A stretch of 64,000 nucleotides of DNA from Bdellovibrionota bacterium (GCA_044347345.1 JBIKUX010000007.1:32001-96000), one strand, 5' to 3'. Counted from the first letter of the stretch, positions 9,930-20,081 are shown. A program made the numbers and translations. Notes: generated from the sequence alone by a model not told the origin.

Positions 9930-10463
9930 TTCCTATAGCATTTACCGACCGTAACTAGTTTCGCACAGAATGGCTGTTATTGGTGAGCAGACCAGTCGGG
10001 GAGAAAAACTATAACCCCATCGATTTCAGTAGGTTCGCTCTTAGTTCCCCTTTTCTTTTGGTGATGCAGCGGTGTTTTCGGGGCGATTTAGCTATGTTGG
10101 AGAGATAGAAACTGGTGGTTTTGTTGAGGGCGTGTCATCTACGTGGCTCACGTAAAGCCCCTACCCCACCATTAATTATGAATGCGGCATTTTAGCCGCT
10201 TTTTTAGCCAATTCACACCGTATGGAGATAGATCTCTCCTGTCACCACCCATAGTAGTGTCGCGTATCAATCAAACAATCACGGATTAACAACTTAAGAA
10301 CAGCGGTAGCGCTCGCTACGATGGCAGGCCGTTCTTCTTTTGGAGCGGCGCGATCTCTTTTGGATCAGTGTAGAACTTAACAATACGCCCTAACGATAAG
10401 TAGGGTCTGGTCTCCTGTTTGTTTGTTAGCGCAGGCATAATAACCTGAAACTCTTAGGAGATC

Positions 10464-12028
10464 ATGACTTCAATTTTCAACAAAATTTGGCATACTTCCC
10501 TCTAAGCGAGTTACGGAACGCTTATTCGGTAGGGCTCGATAGAGGAGTTCCCGGTAAGCGTAGGCCACCCATAACCCTTCCTATGGTTTTTAAGCACCAA
10601 GAGAATCCTAAACACAGCGATATTTTTTCTATTCTACTATCCACTCCAAGTGAGGTACTCATCCCGGTCGAGGTAGTTGCGAACACAGCGCTCACGTTAC
10701 TCGCAGCGTGTAAGCCCGCAGAAGGAGAGACGACCGATCCCGTAATTGTGTTAGTAGCAGAGAGCCTTATTGCATCTTCGGCCTCTGCGCGGTGTCCAAA
10801 GGGTATCGCTAATGCCCTCGCCTCGGGCATAGTCGACTGCTTAATAAAAGAGCCGCCGACTCAAACTCCGGCTGAGGTTAGTACCATCACCTTTGATCCT
10901 GTAGCTACGCGGCTGATGGCGCTGTTTTCCTCCATAAACAATGCTATGGTTTGCGGTGATAGTGGCTATCAAGAGGGGAATATTCATAAACCGGGAACAG
11001 TAACAAGTTTTCTAAATATGTCGCCAGCAGTTCTTGCACCGCAAGATGAGGAACTAGCTTAACGTCTTCAGAGGTTCCTGCAATACGCTCGCAACAGCAA
11101 CACTCAGTTTGCACTAGCTTTAAACTATCCTTCCTCGTGCCCTGATACAAATTATTGCGGGATTGTTGCGACTTTTGAAAATGGGTTGCAAGACTGGTTT
11201 ATTCATCCAACGCCAGGGGCGTTTAGGTTTCCGCTGGGTGCTCCCATCGCGTGGAGAGATGATGACTTAACCCAAAAATTGAAAGAACGGACGGGTAGCA
11301 CAAACCATAATGAGGAATATATTCCTAAACGCGAAAGGCAGTTCAACGAAAGGATAGCTGCAGTAGTAGCTCAGGTCTGCTTTCCTGGGGTGGAAAAAGT
11401 ATTTCTGGCTGGGCATAACTCATCCGCAGACTATTTTGGGTATGATCTTGTCGTTCAAATTAGAGGCCCTAACGGGGAACTTAAGTTGTACGGCTTTGAT
11501 ATTAAAAGCTCCGTCGTCGGAGTTAATCGTCGTTTAACAGACTTCATTAAACACCGCCAGAGCTTAAAGCAGAACGTGCAAGAGCTAACCGGGTGGGTAG
11601 GAGTGTTTAATGATGAATGGAATGAATATATTCTATGGGCTATCAGAGAAGATAATATATGCGAGTTTATACAAAAAAAAGATGATGATGATGAGGGGAA
11701 GAACTTAATGGAACAAATCTGGTCTATCTGCAACCTTCTCCCCAATGATTTCGCTACCACGGAACACGGCCTTAGATTGGGCCTGCCACTACCAGTAGAC
11801 CTTGATAACCTGGAAAACATTATAAAGGATATGGAGACGGCTTTCGCACTCGAACCTCATCCCGATGCCTTCTATTGTGTACAGGCATTGGCGATTAGTT
11901 CGAGGTCTGGTTTCAGAAAGTCTAGAGAGGATATATTTGAGCTGTTTGAATTGTTGAGCCTCTGTGAAGATATGTCGCACAAACTATTTAATGCAATGTT
12001 AGAGTTCGAGGTGTTTGTTGAAACTTAG
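10464..12028 (+). pseudogene. Interrupted orphan gene with a C-terminal PD-(D/E)xK-like nuclease motif
   Basis: ORFs 10487-11062 and 11186-12028 share one frame, separated only by TAA at 11060-11062. An AGGAG+ATG at 10464 is one frame off. Motif ADYFGYDLVV…GFDIKSS. Confidence 0.55.
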
Positions 12029-12109
12029 GGCTAAAGCACGCTGACCCGTAAAGTGATGATCTAATTTATTAAATAGCCAGATCACTCTTCCTACCCTCTT
12101 ACTCCTACC

Positions 12110-12212
12110 CTCTTACTCTCAGGGATGTAGAGAAACCGAAGCGTACAGCTGTATGGCACACACAACTTCAATAATTATGACCTAAACACCTCTAGGTCTC
12201 TGAGAAAAAGAG
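12110..12212. mobile_element. Small MITE-like element with 23-bp imperfect terminal inverted repeats
   Basis: CTCTTACTCTCAGGGATGTAGAG … CTCTAGGTCTCTGAGAAAAAGAG (18/23 complementary). Repeated at 27814-27916; single arms at ~24665 and ~30201. Confidence 0.5.
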
Positions 12213-12224
12213 ACAAAAGAGAGC

Positions 12225-12395
12225 TTGCAGCTCCTGGCCTACTCTATGTTTTTGGTGTCCCGCCAGTTCGCGTCGACATACTCAACAATCTAACTGGTGC
12301 CCGCTTTGCAACAGCTTGGAAGAAGCGAGTAACTAAGAACATAGAAGGTGTGAAGGCAAAGATAGTCGGTAAAGGCACGCTTATTAAGTTAAGCG
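12225..12395 (+). pseudogene. C-terminal fragment of a nucleotidyltransferase (DUF6036-like); duplicated at ~27929-28099
   Basis: LAAPGLLYVFGVPPVRVDILNNLTGARFATAWKKRV…EGVKAKIVGK resembles the GVPPxRIDIL…GVxFxEAW motif; no start codon. Confidence 0.6.
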
Positions 12396-12491
12396 GAACC
12401 ACTTCGTAGACACGTTTGATGAGCCTAGCCCACGAACTGGTGGCCCGCACGCACTAGGCTCATCGGTAGTAGTACTAGCTACCACCACCGC
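12396..12491 (-). mobile_element. IS91-family (Y2) transposase C-terminal remnant
   Basis: SSWARLIKRVYEVVPL matches the WARLIxxVYEVDPL tail of IS91-like transposases. Confidence 0.7.
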
Positions 12492-12692
12492 TTTTCGTTA
12501 GCTTTCATCTTAGGGCGGTAGTACAAACTAGCGCGACTGATTCCCAGGTTCAGCTGCTGATACTTCCGACACTTTCTGCCCACCACGTATCTTAGCAAGT
12601 ACCTCCGCCTTAAGCTCTTTCGATACAACTTTTCCCATAGACACTCCCTTAATAAATTGAGGTTCGGGTGTCTAAAAAATACGGGGGGAACA
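12492..12692 (-). mobile_element. Internally deleted IS3-family element (left end, OrfA start fused to an OrfB fragment)
   Basis: Minus strand begins TGTTCCCCCCGTATTTTTTAGACAC, then AAGGGAG RBS, ATG 12638 MGKVVSKELKAEVLAKIRGGQKVSEV, then LGISRASLYYRPK. Confidence 0.7.
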
Positions 12693-12724
12693 TCAGTTCC
12701 GTATGCTGGCACCCAGGACATCGT

Positions 12725-13330
12725 ATGCCGTCGAATATAGCTCCCGTCTCAAGCAACTCATTCTTGGAGTTGTCGATTCTTGTTCGGTATGGTCTCGCCT
12801 GCACCGAACTTACCTTCCCGTGATTTTGTTGTTCCCGCGGCTCGCGGTACCGCAGGCGTGCCCCAATTGATACAGTTCTTTACCGACTTGTGTACCACTG
12901 TCACGAGCAACTTAAATGGTGGTGGGAGGAGCGGTTCCAGCAGCAGTACGGAAGCATTACGCGATGAAGTACGTGAAGCGCTTCATTCATACCTTGACTG
13001 CGTAGTGCTCGAGCATGGTTGCTCAAAGGCAAGGCGCGGTGCACTGCGTGCCAGCCAGCATACGGAAACTCCGAGCGTTCTTCCGGTATGATCGCGCCTT
13101 GCACTTGCATCTCTACGCAAGTGCTTGGGTGAGTGTGCTTTGGCGAATATCAGGGAGAGTCAATGCCCGACGGCATCCCCGGCGCCGGCCGTGGCATGTG
13201 CGCTCCTCCACACTGCTGGGGAGAGAGCCTATCGCATCATTCTGCATCTCCATGCACTCGTAATCGCCAATCTCCTCGACCGGGAAGTTGCAGACTCAAT
13301 CCTCGCTCAAACCCATACTACACCAAACCA
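12725..13330 (+). mobile_element. Degenerate IS91-family transposase, N-terminal/central part
   Basis: Frameshifted segments YRRRAPIDTVLYRLV…EERFQQQYG, LRDEVREALHSYLDCVVLEHG, RKLRAFFRYDR, LHTAGE…HLHALV (HUH motif). Confidence 0.8.
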
Positions 13331-13490
13331 CGCCAACCGAGCCCCGAACGGAAGATATTCAACGACGTGAGATTCGCGCACTGCCTCCACCGGTAGCCAC
13401 CAAAAAAGGCCTTCCACCCACAGAAGTATTTAAGTCGAAACAGAAGCTATTCCAATGATTAAGAGCGACTTGACTACAATAAAGCTTGGA

Positions 13491-13597
13491 GATGGTCTGC
13501 CCCGGGAATCTAATCCGAGCCTTGTGTGAGGCTCCAAGGACTCCGGATAGTCAATACTCGCTCTAGTTACGAACGAGCATCGGATTGTACTACCATC
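13491..13597 (-). ncRNA. Candidate three-way-junction structured RNA (family unknown)
   Basis: Outer GATGGT/ACCATC stem encloses two hairpins whose mismatches become G-U pairs only on the minus strand. Confidence 0.25.
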
Positions 13598-13828
13598 GGG
13601 GAGTTTTCGGCTTTAGCTATAGGGATGGTTGGAGAGATACACTTAACCCACTGATCTTATCTACTTGTTCCTATATAGTACTTAGTAGTCTAGATCTTCT
13701 CTAGTTCTAATTTTTACGGAACCGACCTTAATTTAATTATTTTTCCGTTGGCTTTTTGGCTCTTCTGCAGCCTATTCGCGTTCGTTGTCGAAGCGACCCT
13801 CTCCGTAAACTAATGGGAGTGAAACGGT

Positions 13829-14511
13829 ATGCCCAGCACCAACACAGCTGTAGTAGTCCCCGCAGAGTACTACCCTTTACCTATCCCTGCCAAACGCAAG
13901 GTAAATCGGAAGGCCCGTGCAGCGAGGGCGTTGCCGACGCCAGTAAAACGTAAACAGCTGCGGCCGGCGCATCGAGTTCCTAACTGCACTCATGGGCAGA
14001 AAATTGATATTAGTGCGGTATTCCCCTGTTCATCCTTCTATCTCCTCCAAAAGCGTCTATTACCGACTCTTCTTTCGATTGCAGCCGGTATTTTTTGTTT
14101 AATAGTCCCTCCCTTCCGCACCTAATGAGTGCTATCTCCAGTGAGTCAGGCTTCTGGGGCGCAACAACAGCACTACGGTGCGTTGCTCTATTTCCAGTTC
14201 TCTACTTCCTGTACTGGAAAACTTTCCTCCAGACCCACCATGTATATGTAGACGGGTTTAGGCTAGTACGCGTGTGTGGTGTGCTCAACCGCGCAGTGGA
14301 CTCCCGAATTATATCGGTAGTGGGCGCCATTGCCCTAGAACAAACCCCACTCCAATACCTTTTCGGCTTCTACGACCTTAAATTCTTCCGAGCCCCCGGC
14401 AACACCCCAACCAAATTTATCTCCATCCCCTGCCTGCGAGAGCAAGATGCACTTGAGCTGCAGCAGTATCTTTGCGATCAGATGAGTCGACGGGCTATGG
14501 CGGTGGCTTGA
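13829..14511 (+). pseudogene. Frameshifted bacterial PH-domain (bPH_2-like) membrane protein
   Basis: Two overlapping ORFs (13829-14125, 14095-14511) give two TM helices, then HVYVDGFRLVRVCGVL…EQTPLQYLFG…IPCLREQDA. Confidence 0.6.
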
Positions 14512-14527
14512 GGGGGGGGGGGGGGGG
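14512..14527. repeat. G16 homopolymer
   Basis: 16 consecutive G directly after the TGA at 14511. Confidence 0.9.
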
Positions 14528-14570
14528 TGAGCTTGTCCGCTACTGCCTCGCCTTGGATTTATAAATCCAC

Positions 14571-14879
14571 TCAGAAAACACCACCATTGCCGAAGTAGTC
14601 GTGGGCCTCCCCGGACTCCCGATCCTCGGCATAATAGAAGACGTATTTCTGATAATCACTCCAACTTTTTTCCCTCCTAATACTCTCTAGTTGAGGGGGT
14701 AATGTCGGCACTCCAAAATGTCCTTCAAGCTCGAAAAACTTTGAGAATAAAGGCTCGCAAAATTCCAAGTACAATCTGTACAACGGAGTCTTATAAGAGT
14801 GAATCAGGGCGCAGCCGCGTCCATACGCGTGGGCGGCCACCATATCGTAATACCCCCGTCTCGGAGCGACCCTTATCAC
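14571..14879 (-). CDS. Hypothetical protein or gene fragment
   Basis: 102-aa ORF with no recognisable motif and a weak start. Confidence 0.3.
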   Translation of the reverse strand: MIRVAPRRGYYDMVAAHAYGRGCALIHSYKTPLYRLYLEFCEPLFSKFFELEGHFGVPTLPPQLESIRREKSWSDYQKYVFYYAEDRESGEAHDYFGNGGVF

Positions 14880-15099
14880 CGCGCAACCCTGATAGCCAAT
14901 GAGGGCAAAATACTGGGGTATTTAGAAAAATCTACCCCTTCTGTCTCGATTTTCTCCCGCTCTATAAGCAGCACCACAAGATACTAGCGTACCTATCAAT
15001 TACCTCGTTTTCTAGGGCTCTTTATTTGCCTAAACTTCACGGGCTCCTAGCGCTTTTAGCCCAAGGCCATATACCGCCCCTTGAATTACCGAGGCAGAA

Positions 15100-16077
15100 T
15101 CAAAGAGAAGAAATTCTTCGAGCAGTGTAGCCCACTGGTTCATACTGTTGACCCTTCCTCAAAGCCTCAACAATACCTAGAATATCGCGACTATCACTAA
15201 CAATCCCTACAATTCTACCTAAAGGCGGCTCATCATCGGTACGGCCCTTCTCAATCTTCTCTCTAACCTCTGTCCAAAGGATATCTATTTCCGCAATTGA
15301 TGGCGTCTTTCCATAGGCTCCGAGGAAAACAACCACGTCGAGGCCAGCCCTGAGCCCGGCAGCTATACCGCTTGGTGAATCCTCGACCGCAATACCTTGC
15401 TTACCACTGAGCCTTGCCACGTCAGCAGCTTTCACTGCTTGTAGATAAACATCGGGATATGGCTTACGTCGACCACCTCCAGCCATGAAGTCAACGTTTT
15501 GGGCGCTAAAAATTTTATTTTTTGGGAAGTACTTCGTCATTCTTGTTGATTGAAGAATTGCAGTGAGCCGCTGATCAGCGCTACTCGACACGAGATAAGG
15601 GACAATACCGAGGTTGGTCAACTGCGACATAAGCTCCCGAGTTCCAGAAGTCAGCTCAAGGGGAGGGTTTCCTCGCAAAAAGTCCTCGGTAATTCTCTCC
15701 ATCTCGAGATCAGCCCAACGATCAACAAAATCCTCTATGCCCTCTTGGAAAGGGTTCCCATTTGTAATCTTCACTTTGAGCATGTCGCGAAACGCTCCAC
15801 CCGTATGGCCTGCTATGAATTGGTCCACACTCTCAGTGAATTCAACAGCGGTTCCTTTCTTGATATTCCAGGCTCCTATGGCTTCTCTTAGGACATCATA
15901 ACAAACAGTTAGAGCGCGACGCTCGGTCTCTGCTAAGGTATCATCACAATCAAGATAAAGAATCGGCACCTCTTTTGCCTCAAAACATAGAGGCAAAAGA
16001 ATCTCGTTACCTGATCGATCCAACAAACCCTGTGCTGGCTCCCTACTCGCACTAACAGCGGCACCACTTGTAAACAT
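15100..16077 (-). CDS. HAD-IA family sugar-phosphate phosphatase (candidate mannitol-1-phosphatase)
   Basis: Motif I LDCDDTL, motif II SSS, motif III KPYPDVY, motif IV EDSPSG; GAGGAG RBS; directly downstream of mannitol dehydrogenase. Confidence 0.85.
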   Translation of the reverse strand: MFTSGAAVSASREPAQGLLDRSGNEILLPLCFEAKEVPILYLDCDDTLAETERRALTVCYDVLREAIGAWNIKKGTAVEFTESVDQFIAGHTGGAFRDMLKVKITNGNPFQEGIEDFVDRWADLEMERITEDFLRGNPPLELTSGTRELMSQLTNLGIVPYLVSSSADQRLTAILQSTRMTKYFPKNKIFSAQNVDFMAGGGRRKPYPDVYLQAVKAADVARLSGKQGIAVEDSPSGIAAGLRAGLDVVVFLGAYGKTPSIAEIDILWTEVREKIEKGRTDDEPPLGRIVGIVSDSRDILGIVEALRKGQQYEPVGYTARRISSL

Positions 16078-16101
16078 GAAAACTCCTCAAAAATGAATAA
16101 A

Positions 16102-17601
16102 TTATATTTGGCTTAGAAACATATCAAGCGCCACACCAGCCCCTTTATCTCGGATCACTTGGGCCCACTTTGAGGCTGAACTTCGGAAATTTTGTTCGTT
16201 CACTAGAGCCCCAAAGATATCTTCTTGGTCAAGAAACCTTTCAATACCGCCTATTGCGGCGCTACGCAATTGCTCCGTCATGGGATCATCAATATGAGAG
16301 CTACCTCCATTTGCATCATCAACAATGAGAAAGTTCCACCAACTTGCTACGACAAGCGCCGCCACCGGACACTGCCTTTTTTCATAGATCGCATCGACCA
16401 CCACCGGAAGAATAAAGCGAGGTATTTTCGCCGAGCCATCCTTACAGATTCGTAGTACGTGATCCTTAATCGCTGGATTTCGAAACCTCTCAATTAACGT
16501 CTCACAATACTCACCAACATCTATACCAGGAACAGGGTCAAGGGTTGGAAGAGCCTCATGCGTCATGTAGTGCGCCAGCAAACGACGGAATCTCTCATCC
16601 TGCGCAACTTGAAAGATGTATTCAAAGTTAAGGAGATACCCCAGATATCCCATTGCAGAATGGGAAGCATTGAGAAGACGTAATTTCATCTTCTCAAAGG
16701 GCGCGACATCGTCAGTAAATTGCACGCCGACCTTCTCCAAATCTGGCCGCCCGAGAGAGAAGGAATCTTCAATAACCCACTGACAAAACGGTTCTGCTAC
16801 GACAGGACAATGGTCTATCACACCGTAACAGGACTCCAAATGAGCCTTATCATCATCAGTCGTAGCTGGAGTTATTCGATCCACCATCGAGCTAGGAAAG
16901 GCACCACGCAAAGATAACCACTCACCGAGGGAGGGATCCAATAATTCACAGAAAGAAAGCATAGCACGCCGGCAGACACGCCCGTTTTCCTGAAGGTTGT
17001 CGCAAGACAGAATCGTAAAAGGTTCAATCCCTCTTTCCTTTCGGTGCATCAAGCCTGCGGCAAGATAACCGAAAACAGAACGAGGCGACTCCGGATTATC
17101 GATATCATGCTGAATATCAATATCGTCTCTCAGAAATTCACCCGTGCCAAGGTTCATTTTGTAACCGCCTTCTGTAATTGTAAGGGTGACAAGTTTGGTA
17201 ACAGGCGAGGCGAGGCGCTCGATAAACTCCTTTTGAGCATCAGGAGCCACAACCATCCCAACATGAGAACCAATTACTCTTAGCTTATCTCCGGATTCAC
17301 CTTTTTCTAAAAGACAGTACAAATAGTCTTGACTAGCCATCGCCTTCTGCATAATCCGGTCATGGGTGAGAACACCTGCACCGAAAATACCCCAATTCAG
17401 ATCCGCAGTCTCACGGAAATAACGGTCAAAATAGTACGCTTGGTGCGAGCGATGAAAAGCGCCAACGCCTATGTGAACAACACTAGGAATAAGAGCCTCT
17501 CTATTGTAGAGAGGCACGTCAGCCGCGTGAGCTAACTCCCCCAAAGAGGAGCTACAAACAGTTAAGAGAGGTAATACAGATGCAGTCTGTGAATCGCTCA
17601 T
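16102..17601 (-). CDS. mtlK: Mannitol 2-dehydrogenase (long-chain polyol dehydrogenase family)
   Basis: HIGVGAFHRSHQA, TITEGGY, LSCDN, MVDRITP, EPFCQWVIED, MKLRLLNASH, DGSAKIPRF. Confidence 0.88.
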   Translation of the reverse strand: MSDSQTASVLPLLTVCSSSLGELAHAADVPLYNREALIPSVVHIGVGAFHRSHQAYYFDRYFRETADLNWGIFGAGVLTHDRIMQKAMASQDYLYCLLEKGESGDKLRVIGSHVGMVVAPDAQKEFIERLASPVTKLVTLTITEGGYKMNLGTGEFLRDDIDIQHDIDNPESPRSVFGYLAAGLMHRKERGIEPFTILSCDNLQENGRVCRRAMLSFCELLDPSLGEWLSLRGAFPSSMVDRITPATTDDDKAHLESCYGVIDHCPVVAEPFCQWVIEDSFSLGRPDLEKVGVQFTDDVAPFEKMKLRLLNASHSAMGYLGYLLNFEYIFQVAQDERFRRLLAHYMTHEALPTLDPVPGIDVGEYCETLIERFRNPAIKDHVLRICKDGSAKIPRFILPVVVDAIYEKRQCPVAALVVASWWNFLIVDDANGGSSHIDDPMTEQLRSAAIGGIERFLDQEDIFGALVNEQNFRSSASKWAQVIRDKGAGVALDMFLSQI

Positions 17602-17873
17602 GGGGCTCCGAGTCTTATACGTCAGATTGTGAAATATCAAACACCGTATAAATACTTGATCCGCGGCCAAAAATCAATGACAAACCGTCTGTCTAAACCA
17701 ATTAGCCTGACCACCTAGGGCCAGTGCACGCAATTCACGCCCCCTGTGGCAGTACGCCTTACTTCTCAAAAAAAAGTTCGGTCACATCCGTCATACTTCC
17801 ACAGAAACAAGCCACGCACTAAAAGGTTCGCAGAGGGCCTCTCCAAGAATCAACCTCTGCCAAAGCGGCTCTC

Positions 17874-19727
17874 TCAGTTCGCAAAATAATCGGTTGGGCA
17901 CTTCAAAGGATTTACGATGGACCGACTAACCTCAAGGACCCTCTGGGAAGCCTGACCGTTAGGCTGTGCTCGAAGCGCAATAAAGTACTCAGTCAAACGT
18001 TGACGAAAGGAAGGAAGCTCTGACACCAGAATCTCACGCCCATCAGACGATGCGAAGCCCGTCCCAAATAGCCACGATTCCTGGTCAAGGAGCGCCTCAA
18101 TACCAGCAGTCTCTTGAGCGTCCAAGAGCATCGTCCGAGAATCAGCTAAACCTGCATTACCCGACTGAAAAACCTCTACCGCGGCTAAACTACTGGCTCT
18201 CGCATAGGTAGCGGCAATCTGGGCAACCTTTTCGGGAGAGTCATCTTGAAGCTGCACGGCAGCGCCAGTCTCGTCCATTTGGTCAAGCAGAGTGCGGAGA
18301 TAGCACGCGTAGGTGAGGGTAAGGGCCTTAGCAGATTCAGTATCATCAGAAAGCGCTGCGATAGCAGCGCCAATACGATTGGGCATCTTGGAGGTACCCT
18401 TATTATTGAGACGATTCAATGTGTTTACTCCGCTTATAAAAGCATTTCTTCGCCGCGCTTGCACCTCTTCAATGAAACAATGAATTTCCGGCCTTTTAAG
18501 ACCGCCCACACCTCGACCTAACTCTGTGGTCAAAACAGCCTCCTCGAGAGCCTGAAACGACGGGAACGACAAGAACTCACCGAGAGTTGAAAAACCAGCT
18601 CGAGTACCAAGCTGACCAGCTATTACGTCCAGCGAGTTTATAAGACGGCTCTTCATGTGCACGTGGGCAGCAACACTAGGTACTTGACTTACGCCAGAAA
18701 CCAGCGAAAAGTCCGGGATAACAACTTGTCCCTCATTGAGATATCCTGCTGGATCTTCCACCTCATACTTTAAGCATCGATGCCTTTCGGTAACGACTGC
18801 TATCCCGTCGCTAATGCCAGACGGATGGTACATCCATGACTTATCAACGGTATCTTGCTGGGGCGTAATTCGATCGACGACTGTAGACAGGACAGGCAAT
18901 TTTTTCCATATAAAATCAGCAAATCCTTTAAGCTGTCCTTCTGTTATCTGCTCCTCAAGCTGAGCTGCCATGTTACTCAAGGCCACGCGTAAAATATCAC
19001 CATTAAGCCAAGGAGGAGTATTGTCCAAGGACATAACAACGAGAGGAGGTCTATTCTGCACAAATCTCTGAGCCAACTCTTCGACCACGGGAGCAAGGGC
19101 AGTCCGATATCCTGCCCCATTTCCAATCCTCTCAAAACCAACGCGACCAACTCGCTCAACAAGGGTGGCAACGTCTTCCCTAATCTCGTCACAGGTCCGG
19201 AGCCTTCCCTCCCGAGGATCCCCATCGACAAAATAGGCCCCTTGAGTCACCGTAAAAGTCGCCATATCAGCAGACTCAAGGTAGTTAGCGAGTATCTGCG
19301 GATCAGTAGGACCGTGAACCGAAGCTACCACCGACCCAACCAAGGATACCTCGCGGCTATCATTTTCGACAGCGCCCACGGTGTAGAGGTGATTCTGCTT
19401 TCGAAGTTGCTGAACTTTTTCCGGCGAGCGCATGCTTACCGCCACTATCCCCCAAGACGGCTCTTGAAGCCATCTAGCCTGTGCACAATTTAAGTCTTCA
19501 ATTATGGTGCCTAAATGAGCCGCAAAAAAATTACTAATGCCAAAATGGACGATGCGAGGATTAAGCTGAGCACGCGAGTACGGCAGATACGATTCGGGGT
19601 CAACTCTGTCAGAGCTGATGTGATTAGAATCACCAATGCCCCCACTAGCTCCCACAGCTAATTGGTTATACCCACCTAGGTCTAAAATATAAGATGTGAC
19701 TGGTTCATGGCTGGATTGATTGAACAC
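17874..19727 (-). CDS. Divergent long-chain mannitol dehydrogenase-family protein
   Basis: HFGISNFFAAH, TVTQGAY, MSLDN, VVDRITP, MKSRLINSLD, KGTSKMPNR; N-terminal extension and insertions. Confidence 0.8.
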   Translation of the reverse strand: MFNQSSHEPVTSYILDLGGYNQLAVGASGGIGDSNHISSDRVDPESYLPYSRAQLNPRIVHFGISNFFAAHLGTIIEDLNCAQARWLQEPSWGIVAVSMRSPEKVQQLRKQNHLYTVGAVENDSREVSLVGSVVASVHGPTDPQILANYLESADMATFTVTQGAYFVDGDPREGRLRTCDEIREDVATLVERVGRVGFERIGNGAGYRTALAPVVEELAQRFVQNRPPLVVMSLDNTPPWLNGDILRVALSNMAAQLEEQITEGQLKGFADFIWKKLPVLSTVVDRITPQQDTVDKSWMYHPSGISDGIAVVTERHRCLKYEVEDPAGYLNEGQVVIPDFSLVSGVSQVPSVAAHVHMKSRLINSLDVIAGQLGTRAGFSTLGEFLSFPSFQALEEAVLTTELGRGVGGLKRPEIHCFIEEVQARRRNAFISGVNTLNRLNNKGTSKMPNRIGAAIAALSDDTESAKALTLTYACYLRTLLDQMDETGAAVQLQDDSPEKVAQIAATYARASSLAAVEVFQSGNAGLADSRTMLLDAQETAGIEALLDQESWLFGTGFASSDGREILVSELPSFRQRLTEYFIALRAQPNGQASQRVLEVSRSIVNPLKCPTDYFAN

Positions 19728-19829
19728 TATCCCTCATGCGGACTTCAACTACGACAGAGCCAAGCAATGCACAAGAAAAGTGGCTAGCGAGGCTGTGAAC
19801 TGAGAGCGAAAAACGGGAAGTGCTAACGC

Positions 19830-19858
19830 TTAGGTAATACACTGTAAAAATTACCTAA
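19830..19858. promoter_or_regulatory. Perfect 9-bp inverted repeat in the divergent promoter region
   Basis: TTAGGTAAT-N11-ATTACCTAA between the dehydrogenase genes and the kinase. Confidence 0.4.
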
Positions 19859-20081
19859 CTAACCTGATTATTATGTGTGTAGGCGACAGAATTGTAAAGG
19901 CCTTAGAGTGCATTTTCTGTTTTTCTACCAGCGGTAGATAAATCGAACTTCTTAGGAAGTTAATCTAGAAGCGACTGGCCGAACACCCCCTATCGCTTCA
20001 ACCAGCGGTTATTGACAGACTACGGGTGAAGTTTTTACCATACTTCGCTTAAGAACCCCATTCCTCTAAAAAGGCCAAGTT

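Larger units (their letters stand above)
12109..12491. repeat. 383-bp direct repeat, copy 1 (copy 2 at 27813-28195)
   Basis: Near-identical sequence at a constant offset of 15704 bp, with only a handful of mismatches. Confidence 0.95.

Noticed and set aside
10387-10432. attC-like GCCCTAAC…GTTAGCGC
   Set aside because: Too short for an attC, no L boxes, and no integron integrase in the window.
13493-13522. tRNA 3' end (minus strand …TCGGATTAGATTCCCGGGGCAGACCA) as an att remnant
   Set aside because: The T-loop lacks TTCG, the acceptor strand is too short and there is no D or anticodon arm.
13588-13630. 5S rRNA-like CCGATGGTAGT on the minus strand
   Set aside because: Only a short match; spacing to the upstream CCATCCC and the helix pattern do not fit 5S rRNA.
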